A stretch of DNA of 64,000 nucleotides, taken from positions 248,001-312,000 of the IMG/VR virus record IMGVR_UViG_3300022868_000009; one strand, written 5' to 3'. Position 1 is the stretch's first letter. Each line of letters begins with the position of its first letter. Positions 32,173 to 43,238 of this stretch are shown in pieces. Position numbers and translations under genes: made by a program. The notes under the pieces are model-generated. The model was not told the DNA's origin. It searched no databases and saw only the letters and a program-made list of their open reading frames with translations.

Positions 32173-34554
32173 ATGCAAAACAATTTAACATATTTACTTA
32201 GTAAGAAGTATGATATGACTTTCTCAATGAATTGGGTTGGCACTCAACCAAACCTTTTTAATGTTGGTGATTCTCAAAAATTATCAACAAATGATACAAC
32301 GACGGGAATCAAAAATTTTACATCTTATGACATTTCTACAGAAGAAGAAACTACAAATAGTTATCTAAAAATATTATTTAAATATAAAAATAGTCCTGAA
32401 AATTGTGAAAATTGGAGCGATTTAATACCAATTGAAAATATCACAGGTTTAACATTAAATTCTTCATATACATTTGATATAGAATTACAAGTTTTTAGAG
32501 TTGATGATAGTATAACAGGAAATATACCATCTGATATTTATCTTAACTATGTTAAATTATATGGTGATTATGAATATACAGTTACAGATAGTTTAGCTCT
32601 ACTTTTACCAGGTGAAGAAACAATATTAGAACCTATAGAAACTTATAAAGTATTTGATTTAGAAGATTATCAAATAAACGCAAGAAACCTTAAACTAGGT
32701 GGGTATGAAATAAAATATAGATTTACACAAAATAATGGAAGATCATATACAGAATGGGAAAATTTAACAACAGAAAATTTAAAAACATTAAGATTAGATG
32801 AATTAAGATTTGCTAATGTACAATATTTAATTAAAAATATTGGTACAGACACATTTATAATCAATGATATTACGTTAATAGGAGATTTTCAAAATGTGTC
32901 TGCTGATTATATAAAAGTAAACAGATATGGATTAAGAGAAGATTGTATAACATTTTTTCAAAATACAACCGTAGGTATTAATGCATTTAATAAAAATGCA
33001 TTAACAAACGGATTAAGTTGTTATCAAAATCCATTAACCGATCTAGAAAATAAAGATAAATCTGGGTTTTGGAATCCTTATGACTTTGATAAAATAGTAG
33101 GATTAGCTAATCTATTTGGGGGACATGTTTCAGATATTGCTGGATGGACTTCAACTTATTGTTTAGCTGATCCAGACGGAAACGGTATAGATAAATATTT
33201 ACATGAACATCAACTTAAAAATATAATTGATATGCAAGATGTAAAAATAATAATTCCAGAAAATAAATTTCCAAACGAAACTATCAAAATAAATATATTT
33301 AACTTAGATCTTTTTGATACATTTGAAGTTCATATTATGAAAGACCCATTCAAAGAAGCTTTTGGAATAACAAAAAGACCAGGTGAAGATGATATAGTGT
33401 ACATATGCGAATCAAATCGATTATTTAGAGTTAAACATGCTCAAGCATTTAGAGAAGTTATGAATGCATCAACTTATTATAAAGTTATTCTAGAAAAATA
33501 TGAAGATAGAAAAAATATTCAATTTATTGATGAAGATGCAAAAGATTTAATCGATGAATTAACTAAAAATACTTCTATAGATGAAATACTTGGTATTGAA
33601 AATGAACAAGATGAAGATAAAATCTCAAATAAAGAACAAACATATACATTATCATTTGATAAAATAAGAGCAGAAATACACAAAGACGTACTATTTGAAA
33701 ATTATAATATAAATCAAGATAATACAACAATTTCAAAATCTCAATATGATTTCAAAGATGTAATTGGTAATACTGCTGTAGATTATTTAAAAACAGACCC
33801 TACATTAGGAAAAGGTAATAATAGGTCTTTTATTACTTGGTTTAATTTTAATTATAAATATACATCAGAAAATTATTTATCTAATGAAGTATTTGATGCA
33901 TATACACCAACTAAAAATGCAGTATTTCCTCTATTATATAATTATGATACTACTGAAAAATTAGGTTATAGATACTGGTTAGAATATGATAAATTAATAT
34001 TTCAAATAAATGAAAAATATTTCAGTTTAGAATATAATTTTATGACTGGTATATGGTACGGTATAATAATAAACCTAAACCAAAAACAAGGATCAATATC
34101 ACTGGATATTTATAAAAGAAGTTATGATATTGAAATTACAATGTTTAATAAAGACTACGAAAAAATCACAATGACAACAGAAGATACAATAGAAAACAGT
34201 CACGAACAATATAATACAGGTTATACATATACTGATGCAATTGCTGATGGTTATGAACCTGTTAAAAATATCCAGAATATATATTCTGTTACAGATGATA
34301 ACTTGACAAATGTTAGTAGTATAACATATGAAAATATTGAACCTTCAGAATTCTCACATGATCAATCTATTAAAATTATAGGTTCAGATATACAATATAC
34401 AAACTTAAGGTTATTCAATGACGTTATTAAAGAAGAAAGCCAAGAAAATTTATTAAAACAATTTATTATCAAAGATGCACAATATTTAATTTTATCAGAC
34501 AACTCATCAAAACAAGTCATAACAACAAATTATTGGAACAAAAATTTTAAATAA
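32173..34554 (+). CDS. Neck/head-closure protein (T4 gp14-like core) with extra domains including a LamG-like C-terminus
   Basis: FKEAFG..KRPGEDDIVY...NRLFRV resembles gp14 RP.EGDLIY..LFEI. Confidence 0.55.
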   Translation: MQNNLTYLLSKKYDMTFSMNWVGTQPNLFNVGDSQKLSTNDTTTGIKNFTSYDISTEEETTNSYLKILFKYKNSPENCENWSDLIPIENITGLTLNSSYTFDIELQVFRVDDSITGNIPSDIYLNYVKLYGDYEYTVTDSLALLLPGEETILEPIETYKVFDLEDYQINARNLKLGGYEIKYRFTQNNGRSYTEWENLTTENLKTLRLDELRFANVQYLIKNIGTDTFIINDITLIGDFQNVSADYIKVNRYGLREDCITFFQNTTVGINAFNKNALTNGLSCYQNPLTDLENKDKSGFWNPYDFDKIVGLANLFGGHVSDIAGWTSTYCLADPDGNGIDKYLHEHQLKNIIDMQDVKIIIPENKFPNETIKINIFNLDLFDTFEVHIMKDPFKEAFGITKRPGEDDIVYICESNRLFRVKHAQAFREVMNASTYYKVILEKYEDRKNIQFIDEDAKDLIDELTKNTSIDEILGIENEQDEDKISNKEQTYTLSFDKIRAEIHKDVLFENYNINQDNTTISKSQYDFKDVIGNTAVDYLKTDPTLGKGNNRSFITWFNFNYKYTSENYLSNEVFDAYTPTKNAVFPLLYNYDTTEKLGYRYWLEYDKLIFQINEKYFSLEYNFMTGIWYGIIINLNQKQGSISLDIYKRSYDIEITMFNKDYEKITMTTEDTIENSHEQYNTGYTYTDAIADGYEPVKNIQNIYSVTDDNLTNVSSITYENIEPSEFSHDQSIKIIGSDIQYTNLRLFNDVIKEESQENLLKQFIIKDAQYLILSDNSSKQVITTNYWNKNFK

Positions 34555-34580
34555 TGAAATTCCTCAAATAGAAATAACCC

Positions 34581-34611
34581 AAAAAAAAGAGCGCCGAAGC
34601 ACTCTTTTTTT
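34581..34611. terminator. Bidirectional terminator
   Basis: A8-gagcgc-cgaa-gcactc-T7 between convergent genes. Confidence 0.7.
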
Positions 34612-35446
34612 ATTTTAATGTTATCAAATTTAAAGGATCCAGTGTCTTATCATTATAATATATTTCATAATGTAAATGAGATCCAGTTGATAAACCAGTA
34701 CTACCAACATAAGCTATAACATCATCAACATCTACTGTATCACCTAATTCAACGTTAAAATTAGATAAATGAGCGTATAATGTTTTATAACCATTTTGAT
34801 GATTAATAACTAATCTGTTGCCATATCCGATTCTAGAATATATTTTCATAGTCACAATACCTTTACCAGGTGAATATATATCTGCACCATATTCTGTGTC
34901 TAAATCTATACCATCATGGAAATCTATTTTTTTAGTTATAGGATGTTTCCTATAACCATATCCTGATGTTATCCGATTAAGATCAATTGTTGATATTGGA
35001 GAACGATATGGTATATATTCCAATTCATTAACATAATCTGAAAGTTCGTTATATGACTCTTTTTGAATTTTGAGTCTAGTTTCAAATTTATCAACATTCA
35101 AATATGAATCTTTTATAAAAGATTCTAAATCTTCGTCAAATAAAAAGATATTTTTATATCTTTCAACACCACCAAATCCACCATTTCTATCATATGGTAT
35201 TTCATTAACTCCAAGTACATTTCTAAACATTGAATCGTTTTTTTCAAAATCCATTAATGCTGTTTTTAAAAGTGTAACTTTGTTGTTAATTTTTTGGTAG
35301 GTGTTTGTTAGGGCTTTTTTATCATTTTTTAGTTCAATATTTTCTCTACTTTTATCAATAGAAATAATATTAACTGTTAAAAACAATAATAATAAAAGTA
35401 AAACCCAATTTTTTTTGAAAAAGATTTTTTTCTTTTCATTTTTCAT
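34610..35446 (-). CDS. M23 family peptidoglycan endopeptidase with N-terminal membrane anchor and coiled coil
   Basis: GYRKHPI, HDGIDL, GYGN, YAHL, GSTGLSTGSHLHYE; TM WVLLLLLFLTV. Confidence 0.9.
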   Translation of the reverse strand: MKNEKKKIFFKKNWVLLLLLLFLTVNIISIDKSRENIELKNDKKALTNTYQKINNKVTLLKTALMDFEKNDSMFRNVLGVNEIPYDRNGGFGGVERYKNIFLFDEDLESFIKDSYLNVDKFETRLKIQKESYNELSDYVNELEYIPYRSPISTIDLNRITSGYGYRKHPITKKIDFHDGIDLDTEYGADIYSPGKGIVTMKIYSRIGYGNRLVINHQNGYKTLYAHLSNFNVELGDTVDVDDVIAYVGSTGLSTGSHLHYEIYYNDKTLDPLNLITLK

Positions 35447-35716
35447 CTTTAATTTTTGTTTTTTAAGACTTGTAACCCCAACCATTTTAGTGTAATATTA
35501 CTAAAGTAGTATCAATATTCAATTTTAATTTAAAATCTTCCAAAGTCATATAAAATGAAAGATTACAGTCTAGTAACGATTTATATATAAAAATAAATTA
35601 CTCAAAAAATTCTAAAAACACGAATTAATTATAATTAGATTTATTTATTTAGTTTGAAAAAATTTTTTGGCATGAAAATTGTATTATATTAAATATAAAA
35701 ACTTAAAAAATATATT

Positions 35717-36781
35717 ATGAAAACACTACTTTTAACAATTTTACTCGCAATTACAACATTATTCTCATATTCACAAATAGATGAATATGATGATGTTTAT
35801 TATTCTCCTCTAAAAGAGAAAGATACTATATATATAGTGGATACTATATACACAGACACAACAGTTGAAAAAAACACACACGTAACGAATAACTATTATG
35901 ATGATAATGATTATGAAGATTATTATTACACAAAAAGAATCCAAAGATTTCATAGATATTATAATTATGATTACTATTCAACGTATTATTCAGATTACTA
36001 TTTTTTATTTGATATAGGTGGTGTTGATTTTTACTTTACAAATTATTATTATCCATATTATTACGGACATTATTATAGACCATATCATTATCATTATTAT
36101 AGACCATATTATTATTCATACTACAATAATTATCACTACTGGGGATATAATCATTATTATTATAATTATAATGGATGGAATAATGGACATAACTATGGAT
36201 ATCATAATAATGAACAATATACCAACAACAATAATATTTATTATGGACACAGAAATAATTCAATTACAAATGGATCTAGAGGAAATAACAATAGAACAGA
36301 TAATGTTGCAGTTTCAACTAATACAAAAAACCCAACTAGTAACCCTACATCTTATAGTCACAAACAAGACCAGTCACACACACCTGTTGCAACTAATACT
36401 TTAGAAAATAAAAAACCTTATACAAGACCTTCAAATTATAGTAAAGATAAAAGTCCATATACAGAATTATTAAATGGTTCAGAAAATAAAAAACCATATA
36501 ATAAACCTAATTTTAGACCTAACAATACAAAGAAACCTACTAACACATACACTAAACCTAACAATAAACCAACTTATAAACCAACTTATAAACCATCTAG
36601 TTCAAGATCAAGTTATTCTAAACCTAGTAGAAGTTCATCAAATTATTCTAGACCAAGTTCAAAATCAAGTTACTCTAGACCTAGTTCTAGTAGAAGTTCA
36701 TCAAGTTACTCTAGACCTAGTTCTAGTAGAAGTTCATCAAGTTCATCAAGACCATCTAGTAGAAGTGGTGGGCGAAGATAA
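35717..36781 (+). CDS. Secreted Tyr/His-rich then Ser/Arg-rich low-complexity protein (Bacteroidota-like)
   Basis: Signal peptide, DDVYYSP, YYRPYYY tract, SSSYSRPSSSR repeats ending SGGRR. Confidence 0.7.
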   Translation: MKTLLLTILLAITTLFSYSQIDEYDDVYYSPLKEKDTIYIVDTIYTDTTVEKNTHVTNNYYDDNDYEDYYYTKRIQRFHRYYNYDYYSTYYSDYYFLFDIGGVDFYFTNYYYPYYYGHYYRPYHYHYYRPYYYSYYNNYHYWGYNHYYYNYNGWNNGHNYGYHNNEQYTNNNNIYYGHRNNSITNGSRGNNNRTDNVAVSTNTKNPTSNPTSYSHKQDQSHTPVATNTLENKKPYTRPSNYSKDKSPYTELLNGSENKKPYNKPNFRPNNTKKPTNTYTKPNNKPTYKPTYKPSSSRSSYSKPSRSSSNYSRPSSKSSYSRPSSSRSSSSYSRPSSSRSSSSSSRPSSRSGGRR

Positions 36782-36789
36782 TCGTTCAT

Positions 36790-36819
36790 AAAAAAACCTC
36801 TCGATTGAGAGGTTTTTTT
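36790..36819. terminator. Bidirectional terminator
   Basis: aaaaaaacctctc-gatt-gagaggttttttt. Confidence 0.85.
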
Positions 36820-36825
36820 ATGCGA

Positions 36826-37218
36826 CTATTTATATAATAACCGTATTAAATCTTGTGTAATTATTTTAATCAATTTTTGATCACCAACTTGAACATCTGG
36901 TATATTCTTAAGAATAGAAAAATTGTCATTTCCCTCAATAACTAAATTTTCAATGTGTTGGTACATTTCTAAATCTTTTTTATAATATTCTTTAAGAGAT
37001 TCTACAAATTTCTGACAATTAAATCCAACTCTATTATTATATTTTATCATTTGTAAATCTTCACCTTCATTACTATCTTTTTCAATAATAAAATACCATA
37101 ATTTTTTCTTAGAAACTTTTATATTTTCTAATACATTATAAGCTTTACTAGCTTGAACATTTTTTGGAAATGTAGCTACTTTACCATAAAAATTTACATC
37201 ACTTGTATTACCTGTCAT
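36826..37218 (-). CDS. Hypothetical protein
   Basis: 130 aa ORF. Confidence 0.55.
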   Translation of the reverse strand: MTGNTSDVNFYGKVATFPKNVQASKAYNVLENIKVSKKKLWYFIIEKDSNEGEDLQMIKYNNRVGFNCQKFVESLKEYYKKDLEMYQHIENLVIEGNDNFSILKNIPDVQVGDQKLIKIITQDLIRLLYK

Positions 37219-37289
37219 ATTTTATATTAAGATTTTAAGATTTTAATTATATATCTTCTTATAGAAGTCTAAAAAAGTCAAAAATTTTA

Positions 37290-37544
37290 TTAATTATTAT
37301 GTTTATCATAATACTTATCAACATTATAATTCCAAAAATTTCTTAATACTAAATTTGAATTAATTACATCAATAGCAAGTTTTTGAAGCCATCCTAAAAA
37401 TTCATATGTAGTATCATTATGTAAAAGATAACCAGAAGTCATTTTCTCAACCAATTTATTCTCATAATCAACCCCAGTATTTTTTAAATTATCATTTCTG
37501 TGTTTTAATTCATACAATTCTCTTATATGTCTATCTTTTTCCAT
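37290..37544 (-). CDS. Hypothetical protein, possibly baseplate-associated
   Basis: Coupled to the gp6-like gene. Confidence 0.45.
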   Translation of the reverse strand: MEKDRHIRELYELKHRNDNLKNTGVDYENKLVEKMTSGYLLHNDTTYEFLGWLQKLAIDVINSNLVLRNFWNYNVDKYYDKHNN

Positions 37545-39496
37545 TATACAGTTTTATTCTCTTTCTTAGTAACACCATCAAATATTATATTAATACTTGT
37601 TAAACCATCAGAATCTGGATTCTCATTGTAATATAAATTGTCTCTATCTTTCCAACCACCTCTTATAATAGCATATTCATCTTTACTAATAATAATATCA
37701 CCATGCACTGGGTCTAAACCTATTATAGCATTATTATCATAAGAATTTACTTTATCTTTATCATTAATAACCAATTCACTTATAGGTGTTATACTTTTTG
37801 TATTTATACTAACAATAGATTTTTTTGATAATTTAGAAAATTTTAAATTTTTTTGTTTCAAACCTTTTTGAATTAAATTAGAATTTCTTGCATGATAATC
37901 TTCATTATTTTGACTTACAAAATGAATATCAATAGAATCAACACCATCAACTCCTTTTAAAATTTTGATTAAATCTGATTTTACTATTCTATCAAATCTT
38001 TCGTTATTTAATAAATAATCAGACATTTTAGATATAATATCTTGTTTAATATTAGTTTCAATAACATCATCATATCTTCTAACATAAACATAAGAAACAT
38101 ATTTAGTTATCTTAGGTTGAATTATAACCAATTCAGAAGTCATACTCAATATACCCATTTTTTTAATATAATTAACAATTTTTTGCTGTTCTACATCATC
38201 TAAATAAAATACATCAACAGGAACATTAAAATAATTAACACTATCAGTAAAATAATTAGATATTTTAGGTATCAAGTATAAATAAATTTGATTGTCATTT
38301 GTATTACTAAAATACTCATAATAAGCATTCTCAAAATTTATCATTTTGTTTTGAATATATGCACTACTCTTGCCATTTGAAATAGATTTTTTTAATTCTT
38401 GCATCTTTGTATTGATAACAGTAGATGTAATATTAGAACCAAAGTTATTATCATCAGACTTATTAAAAGCATTTATTTTACTAAACATATTTAATCTCTT
38501 TAAATGAAATATAAATTGTGGAGGAGTAGATAAAATAAAATTCCTAGAAACATAAGGAATTAAAGATTTTGTAAATTTAGGTGATTCGCCATTACTAGAC
38601 AATCCAATATTAACATCAACTTCAATATTAAATAAATCTTCCATTTCTAAAGAATTACCATCACTATCATTAATCATATCAATAAACGTCCAATCATTAT
38701 TAATTGGATTTAAAATATCACCCCTTTGACCTTCTGTTAATAAATATTTAACTTCTATAATTGAACCTAATGCAGGTATAAAACCAAAATCATCAGTACC
38801 AAATTCAACATCTACACCACCATTAAAACCTGTTTTAACAACACATGATAATTCACCAGATGTCATACTATATTTATGTTCTTTAATAGTTAATGGATAA
38901 CCATTAACATAAACTAAAACATTAAAATTTTCAATTAAAGATTCACTAGAAATATTAACACTTATAGATTGATCAGGCTCTGCAGCACCAGTAAAAGTTT
39001 GAGTTTCAAATTGACCTTGAATAATATTTGCAAAAAATTGTGTACTTGTGTTCATATTATAAATATTAGAATCAGTACCAAGTACGATAGAATATTTTAA
39101 ATTATTCGTTTTATTTTTAACAACAGTATAATTATTAATAGTAAATGTGCCAGAAGATATTTCCTCATTAATATTAATACCTGGTTTTAATTTAAACATT
39201 AATGTACCTGTAGCACTAATCGGTCTAGTAGGGCTATGTCCTGCAATTCTAGATATATTCCAAATAACTTTAGGATCAATTGTTTGTTCAATATTTATTT
39301 GTTCAACCGATCTTTTTTGATAAATCATAGTATGTCTAAAAACCTCTTCAATGAAAATTAACATTTGACCATAAGGGGAACTAGAATTAAAAAGAAGATC
39401 AGATTTCTGATACTGGTTTCGTAACCAAGTATTAGTTTGATTTACAAGACTATCAAATTTTAATTCTATAAAATTAAATATATTCTTTGCAGGCAT
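37544..39496 (-). CDS. Baseplate wedge protein (T4 gp6/BW2-like)
   Basis: SI..I.RIAGHSP.R..SA.G.L, IQG, V.FG...FG.IP..GS.IEV.YL.TEG.RG, GE. Confidence 0.75.
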   Translation of the reverse strand: MPAKNIFNFIELKFDSLVNQTNTWLRNQYQKSDLLFNSSSPYGQMLIFIEEVFRHTMIYQKRSVEQINIEQTIDPKVIWNISRIAGHSPTRPISATGTLMFKLKPGININEEISSGTFTINNYTVVKNKTNNLKYSIVLGTDSNIYNMNTSTQFFANIIQGQFETQTFTGAAEPDQSISVNISSESLIENFNVLVYVNGYPLTIKEHKYSMTSGELSCVVKTGFNGGVDVEFGTDDFGFIPALGSIIEVKYLLTEGQRGDILNPINNDWTFIDMINDSDGNSLEMEDLFNIEVDVNIGLSSNGESPKFTKSLIPYVSRNFILSTPPQFIFHLKRLNMFSKINAFNKSDDNNFGSNITSTVINTKMQELKKSISNGKSSAYIQNKMINFENAYYEYFSNTNDNQIYLYLIPKISNYFTDSVNYFNVPVDVFYLDDVEQQKIVNYIKKMGILSMTSELVIIQPKITKYVSYVYVRRYDDVIETNIKQDIISKMSDYLLNNERFDRIVKSDLIKILKGVDGVDSIDIHFVSQNNEDYHARNSNLIQKGLKQKNLKFSKLSKKSIVSINTKSITPISELVINDKDKVNSYDNNAIIGLDPVHGDIIISKDEYAIIRGGWKDRDNLYYNENPDSDGLTSINIIFDGVTKKENKTV

Positions 39497-40152
39497 TATT
39501 GTCTAATATTATTTTTTAAAACATCTCCAACTGTCTCCACAATTGTTGTTAAATTATTTTTTTCAACATGTATAAATTTATCATATATTTGAAAATCAAA
39601 TTTAAATAAACCATCTCTTTCTTTTGTAATATTTAATTTAACATCATGTTTATTACTAACATTAATATCAAAATTAAACGCTAAATATTTACACGGAACC
39701 ATAGTAACTTGTGGATCATATTTAAAACCATAAATAGATATTTCATTAACATCATTTTTAGAAAACCATTCATTAATCATAACAGCAGGCGAATTAATAA
39801 ATTCCGATAAAATTTTTATATTTTTTCCAAATTTATTTTTCTTAAAAACATTAGAAAGATTTTTTTTAAACTCATCTATATCTTCAAAATAAATAGCCTT
39901 ATATAAACAATTAATATCATATAAATATAAGCATTCATTTTTAGTTAAATATTGTTTATCTGAATCAACAACAAATATCAACTTTGTATGTAACACTTGT
40001 GTTTTCTTATAATATAATTTATTAAAAGCAACAACCAATTTCAAATCATCAGAACCTTCTATTTTCTCATAAACATGATCGACAGTTAAAACTTGACTAT
40101 CATCAAATTTTTCTTTCGTAGCTTTATATATTTCGTCAATACTTATATTCAT
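39496..40152 (-). CDS. Hypothetical protein
   Basis: Within the structural operon. Confidence 0.5.
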   Translation of the reverse strand: MNISIDEIYKATKEKFDDSQVLTVDHVYEKIEGSDDLKLVVAFNKLYYKKTQVLHTKLIFVVDSDKQYLTKNECLYLYDINCLYKAIYFEDIDEFKKNLSNVFKKNKFGKNIKILSEFINSPAVMINEWFSKNDVNEISIYGFKYDPQVTMVPCKYLAFNFDINVSNKHDVKLNITKERDGLFKFDFQIYDKFIHVEKNNLTTIVETVGDVLKNNIRQ

Positions 40153-42761
40153 TATAATAATTTTCTTGTTATTTCATATCTTTCTGAAACTGTAGACGTA
40201 TTAGATTCATCAACTCTTAATATTCTAATATTCATTCCTTTATAATAATTCATATCAGAATAATTTTTCATAGTTAAACCACTACTAGTACTATCCAAAT
40301 TAATATTATAGTAATATGTTGTTCCAGTCATACCAGTTGATTGTATCGTATAAACGCCTGTTAAATCTACAACAGTATCTCCACTATTAAAATAAAAATT
40401 GTCTACATAAACTGTATCACCAGATTGAAATATAGGATATTTATAAGGTTCTAAATAAAGTGAACTAGTTGAACCACTAACAAATGTTATTAACCTTTCA
40501 TTAACATTAGTATGATTATAATAAGAATTTGCATATGTAGAACCAGTTGGATTCGAAGAATTATATTCATATAAATCCACTGGTAAATTAACACTAAACA
40601 ATCTAATCTCTGAATTTGAATCACCGTCATAAAAATTCATATTCACATTTAACTTATTTAACACCGATGTCATATTTGCATCAATAGTTATATCCATAAC
40701 TTGCGCATATTCTAAATCTTTTGTTAACATAATATATAATTCACCACCAAAATCAACAATATCATCATTATCAACTGTCAATTTAACTTGATTAGTTGTC
40801 GGTATAATTATTGGATAACTTGTACCACTAGCAGTTTGGTTATAATTATATATTTCAGTTGAAGTTATATCATATATTTCTGAATATTCAGAATTCAAAG
40901 CTCTCATTCTCAATGTAGGATAATTACCTGTATAATCAGTTTCTATTTTAATTGAAGGTGAATCCACAAATTGATAAGTAGAATATAAAGTTAACAATTC
41001 TTCTAAATTAATAATTTGTGATTTAATTAAATCTAAATCTGTTTGAGAATAAATCAAACTTTTTATGTTCCATAACTCTTCATGAAAATAAGTATATCCA
41101 CTTAAAACTTTCATATAATTATCACTCATTTGAGCATTTGTCTGCAATATTCTCTTATATAAATCTAGACTAAATGAATTATAGATACTAGTTGGATCAT
41201 AACTCATAGGCAAAACATCATTATCAATATCATAATTTATATTTAATATAAAATCATAACTAACACCATCTTGTACCCCGTTACTCACATATTTTGGATA
41301 TGGTCTTATTAATGTGCCATCTGGATCAACTGCACCATCCAAATCGTTATTTGGATTATTAAGAAATTCTACACCATATAAATTAGTTGTAATATTTCCT
41401 GATCCATCATCAATTTCATAATACCATAAAATAGCATTAAAATAAAAATCAGAAGGAGCCTCGTTATTATAACTATAACTATTAAATTCATTAAATGTTT
41501 CTAAATTAGCAATAGTCATTTTATAATAATGTTCTGTTTCAAAGTCAATTGTTAAACCATCAATATCATCTGAATTAAAACTAACAAGACTCTCGACATA
41601 ATCAGATTGATCTAAATCAACATTATTAGTTAATTCTATACCATAATAATTTCCTTTTTTCCTCAATTTATCACCACTTGAACAAATATATGTTTTATCG
41701 TCTGTATCAAAATAACCAAAATAAGAGCCTGGATAATCAGACGGATTTAATCTTATAGGAGAATTCAATGATTCTGCGCCCATAATTTCATCTTGTATTT
41801 CTTCTGGAATAATAGGTAATTCTAAATTTGGATAATAATTATTATTATCTTCTATTTTAAATAAGATATTTGGAGTTTGACCCTCGTGATGAGGAATCTT
41901 AGCTATTATCTCATTGTAATTTCTTCTACTTGTCTGTACTTGGCTATCTACTTGTGTATCACCAGCATATTGTATAAATCTAGTATAATCTAAATAAATT
42001 GTAGCCGATTCGCTGATTATACTATGTACAGTAGAACCTAAATCAAGATATGTTATACTGCCAACAACAGTCACATTTTCAATTGTGTATGTTGTGTCTA
42101 CTAAATATATGTTTGTTGTACCTGAAAAATTAACTTCATCACCAATTTTGAATTTAGCAACACTTGATATTTCCACACTTATTGTACCACCACTGTAGTA
42201 ACCAGTTGAACTATCTACAACACAACTATAATAATTAATTTCTCTTTCTTTCCATAAATACTCTCTAAAATAATCTGTATTAGTTACAGTAGATGCATTC
42301 GGATTTTGAAAATCAGGAAGATTTTTATCCCAGTCTACCAAATGTACACCTGGTTCAAAATCCATCAAATTTAATTTTCTACACCATTTCCAAAAAATCA
42401 TTTCGGTAGGTGTTTGTAACTCTGATATATTGTAGAAATCCGTGTTCGAGTTTATTCTACTTTCTCGTTCAACATCATCATAATTAGCAACATAATTTCT
42501 TAATGATTCAATTAAATTATCACCAAATGATAAAGCAGGTGGACTTGGTTCATAACAGAAAAAGTCTCCTTTTTTATTGGTTGTAATATCAAAATTTAAT
42601 GTATCTCCAGATTGATTTGGAAAATTAAGACATACAAATTTTGTAAAATTTACTTTGAAATTCTGATTATTATGCGCTTGATTAATATCTTCTGCTGCAC
42701 TTGGAAAAGCATAAAAACTTGTTCCACGTTCTTTCATTGCTTTGTAAAGTGGTGTAGCCAT
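40152..42761 (-). CDS. Large virion structural protein
   Basis: 869 aa, MATPL start, [ST]-G-x-[TS]-rich, late-type promoter at ~42785. Confidence 0.55.
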   Translation of the reverse strand: MATPLYKAMKERGTSFYAFPSAAEDINQAHNNQNFKVNFTKFVCLNFPNQSGDTLNFDITTNKKGDFFCYEPSPPALSFGDNLIESLRNYVANYDDVERESRINSNTDFYNISELQTPTEMIFWKWCRKLNLMDFEPGVHLVDWDKNLPDFQNPNASTVTNTDYFREYLWKEREINYYSCVVDSSTGYYSGGTISVEISSVAKFKIGDEVNFSGTTNIYLVDTTYTIENVTVVGSITYLDLGSTVHSIISESATIYLDYTRFIQYAGDTQVDSQVQTSRRNYNEIIAKIPHHEGQTPNILFKIEDNNNYYPNLELPIIPEEIQDEIMGAESLNSPIRLNPSDYPGSYFGYFDTDDKTYICSSGDKLRKKGNYYGIELTNNVDLDQSDYVESLVSFNSDDIDGLTIDFETEHYYKMTIANLETFNEFNSYSYNNEAPSDFYFNAILWYYEIDDGSGNITTNLYGVEFLNNPNNDLDGAVDPDGTLIRPYPKYVSNGVQDGVSYDFILNINYDIDNDVLPMSYDPTSIYNSFSLDLYKRILQTNAQMSDNYMKVLSGYTYFHEELWNIKSLIYSQTDLDLIKSQIINLEELLTLYSTYQFVDSPSIKIETDYTGNYPTLRMRALNSEYSEIYDITSTEIYNYNQTASGTSYPIIIPTTNQVKLTVDNDDIVDFGGELYIMLTKDLEYAQVMDITIDANMTSVLNKLNVNMNFYDGDSNSEIRLFSVNLPVDLYEYNSSNPTGSTYANSYYNHTNVNERLITFVSGSTSSLYLEPYKYPIFQSGDTVYVDNFYFNSGDTVVDLTGVYTIQSTGMTGTTYYYNINLDSTSSGLTMKNYSDMNYYKGMNIRILRVDESNTSTVSERYEITRKLL

Positions 42762-42860
42762 TTAAATATACTATATTTTTTTATTATATATTAAATAAAC
42801 TCATTCATAATTCAAAAATTTATTTTTAAAACTTTTAAAAATAAGAACACTAAAATATAA

Positions 42861-43238
42861 ATGAGATGGAAACCCGGTACAATATTTCAGGCAGATGAAA
42901 GATTTATTTTTGCAAGAAAAATGATAGATAAAAATACACTAATAATTTGTACCAGAGATGATGAATATAAAATGTACAAAAAAATTATCACAGAAAAAAT
43001 ATATTCTAAAGGCAAAGTATTTATAAATAAAAGAATAGTAGAAATAAATCTAATGGCTGATGATATTACAAGAAATGGTTCATATTATAAAATAATAAAA
43101 CCAATGTTTACTCCGTTTAAAAGTGAACACTTAGCAATAAGACTAGATAAGAATTTTAATAAACTAGAAGAAATAATAGATTTCCAATTAGACAAAATGA
43201 TAAATCTAAAACTTAGTATTTTTGCCCCTGTCGTCTAA
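42861..43238 (+). CDS. Hypothetical protein
   Basis: 125 aa ORF. Confidence 0.45.
   Translation: MRWKPGTIFQADERFIFARKMIDKNTLIICTRDDEYKMYKKIITEKIYSKGKVFINKRIVEINLMADDITRNGSYYKIIKPMFTPFKSEHLAIRLDKNFNKLEEIIDFQLDKMINLKLSIFAPVV

Noticed and set aside
5885-36791. Many short opposite-strand or nested ORFs in the track (e.g. 5885, 9702, 11249, 14733, 29474, 36018, 36474)
   Set aside because: They are shadows of longer genuine genes, with low-complexity or biased translations.
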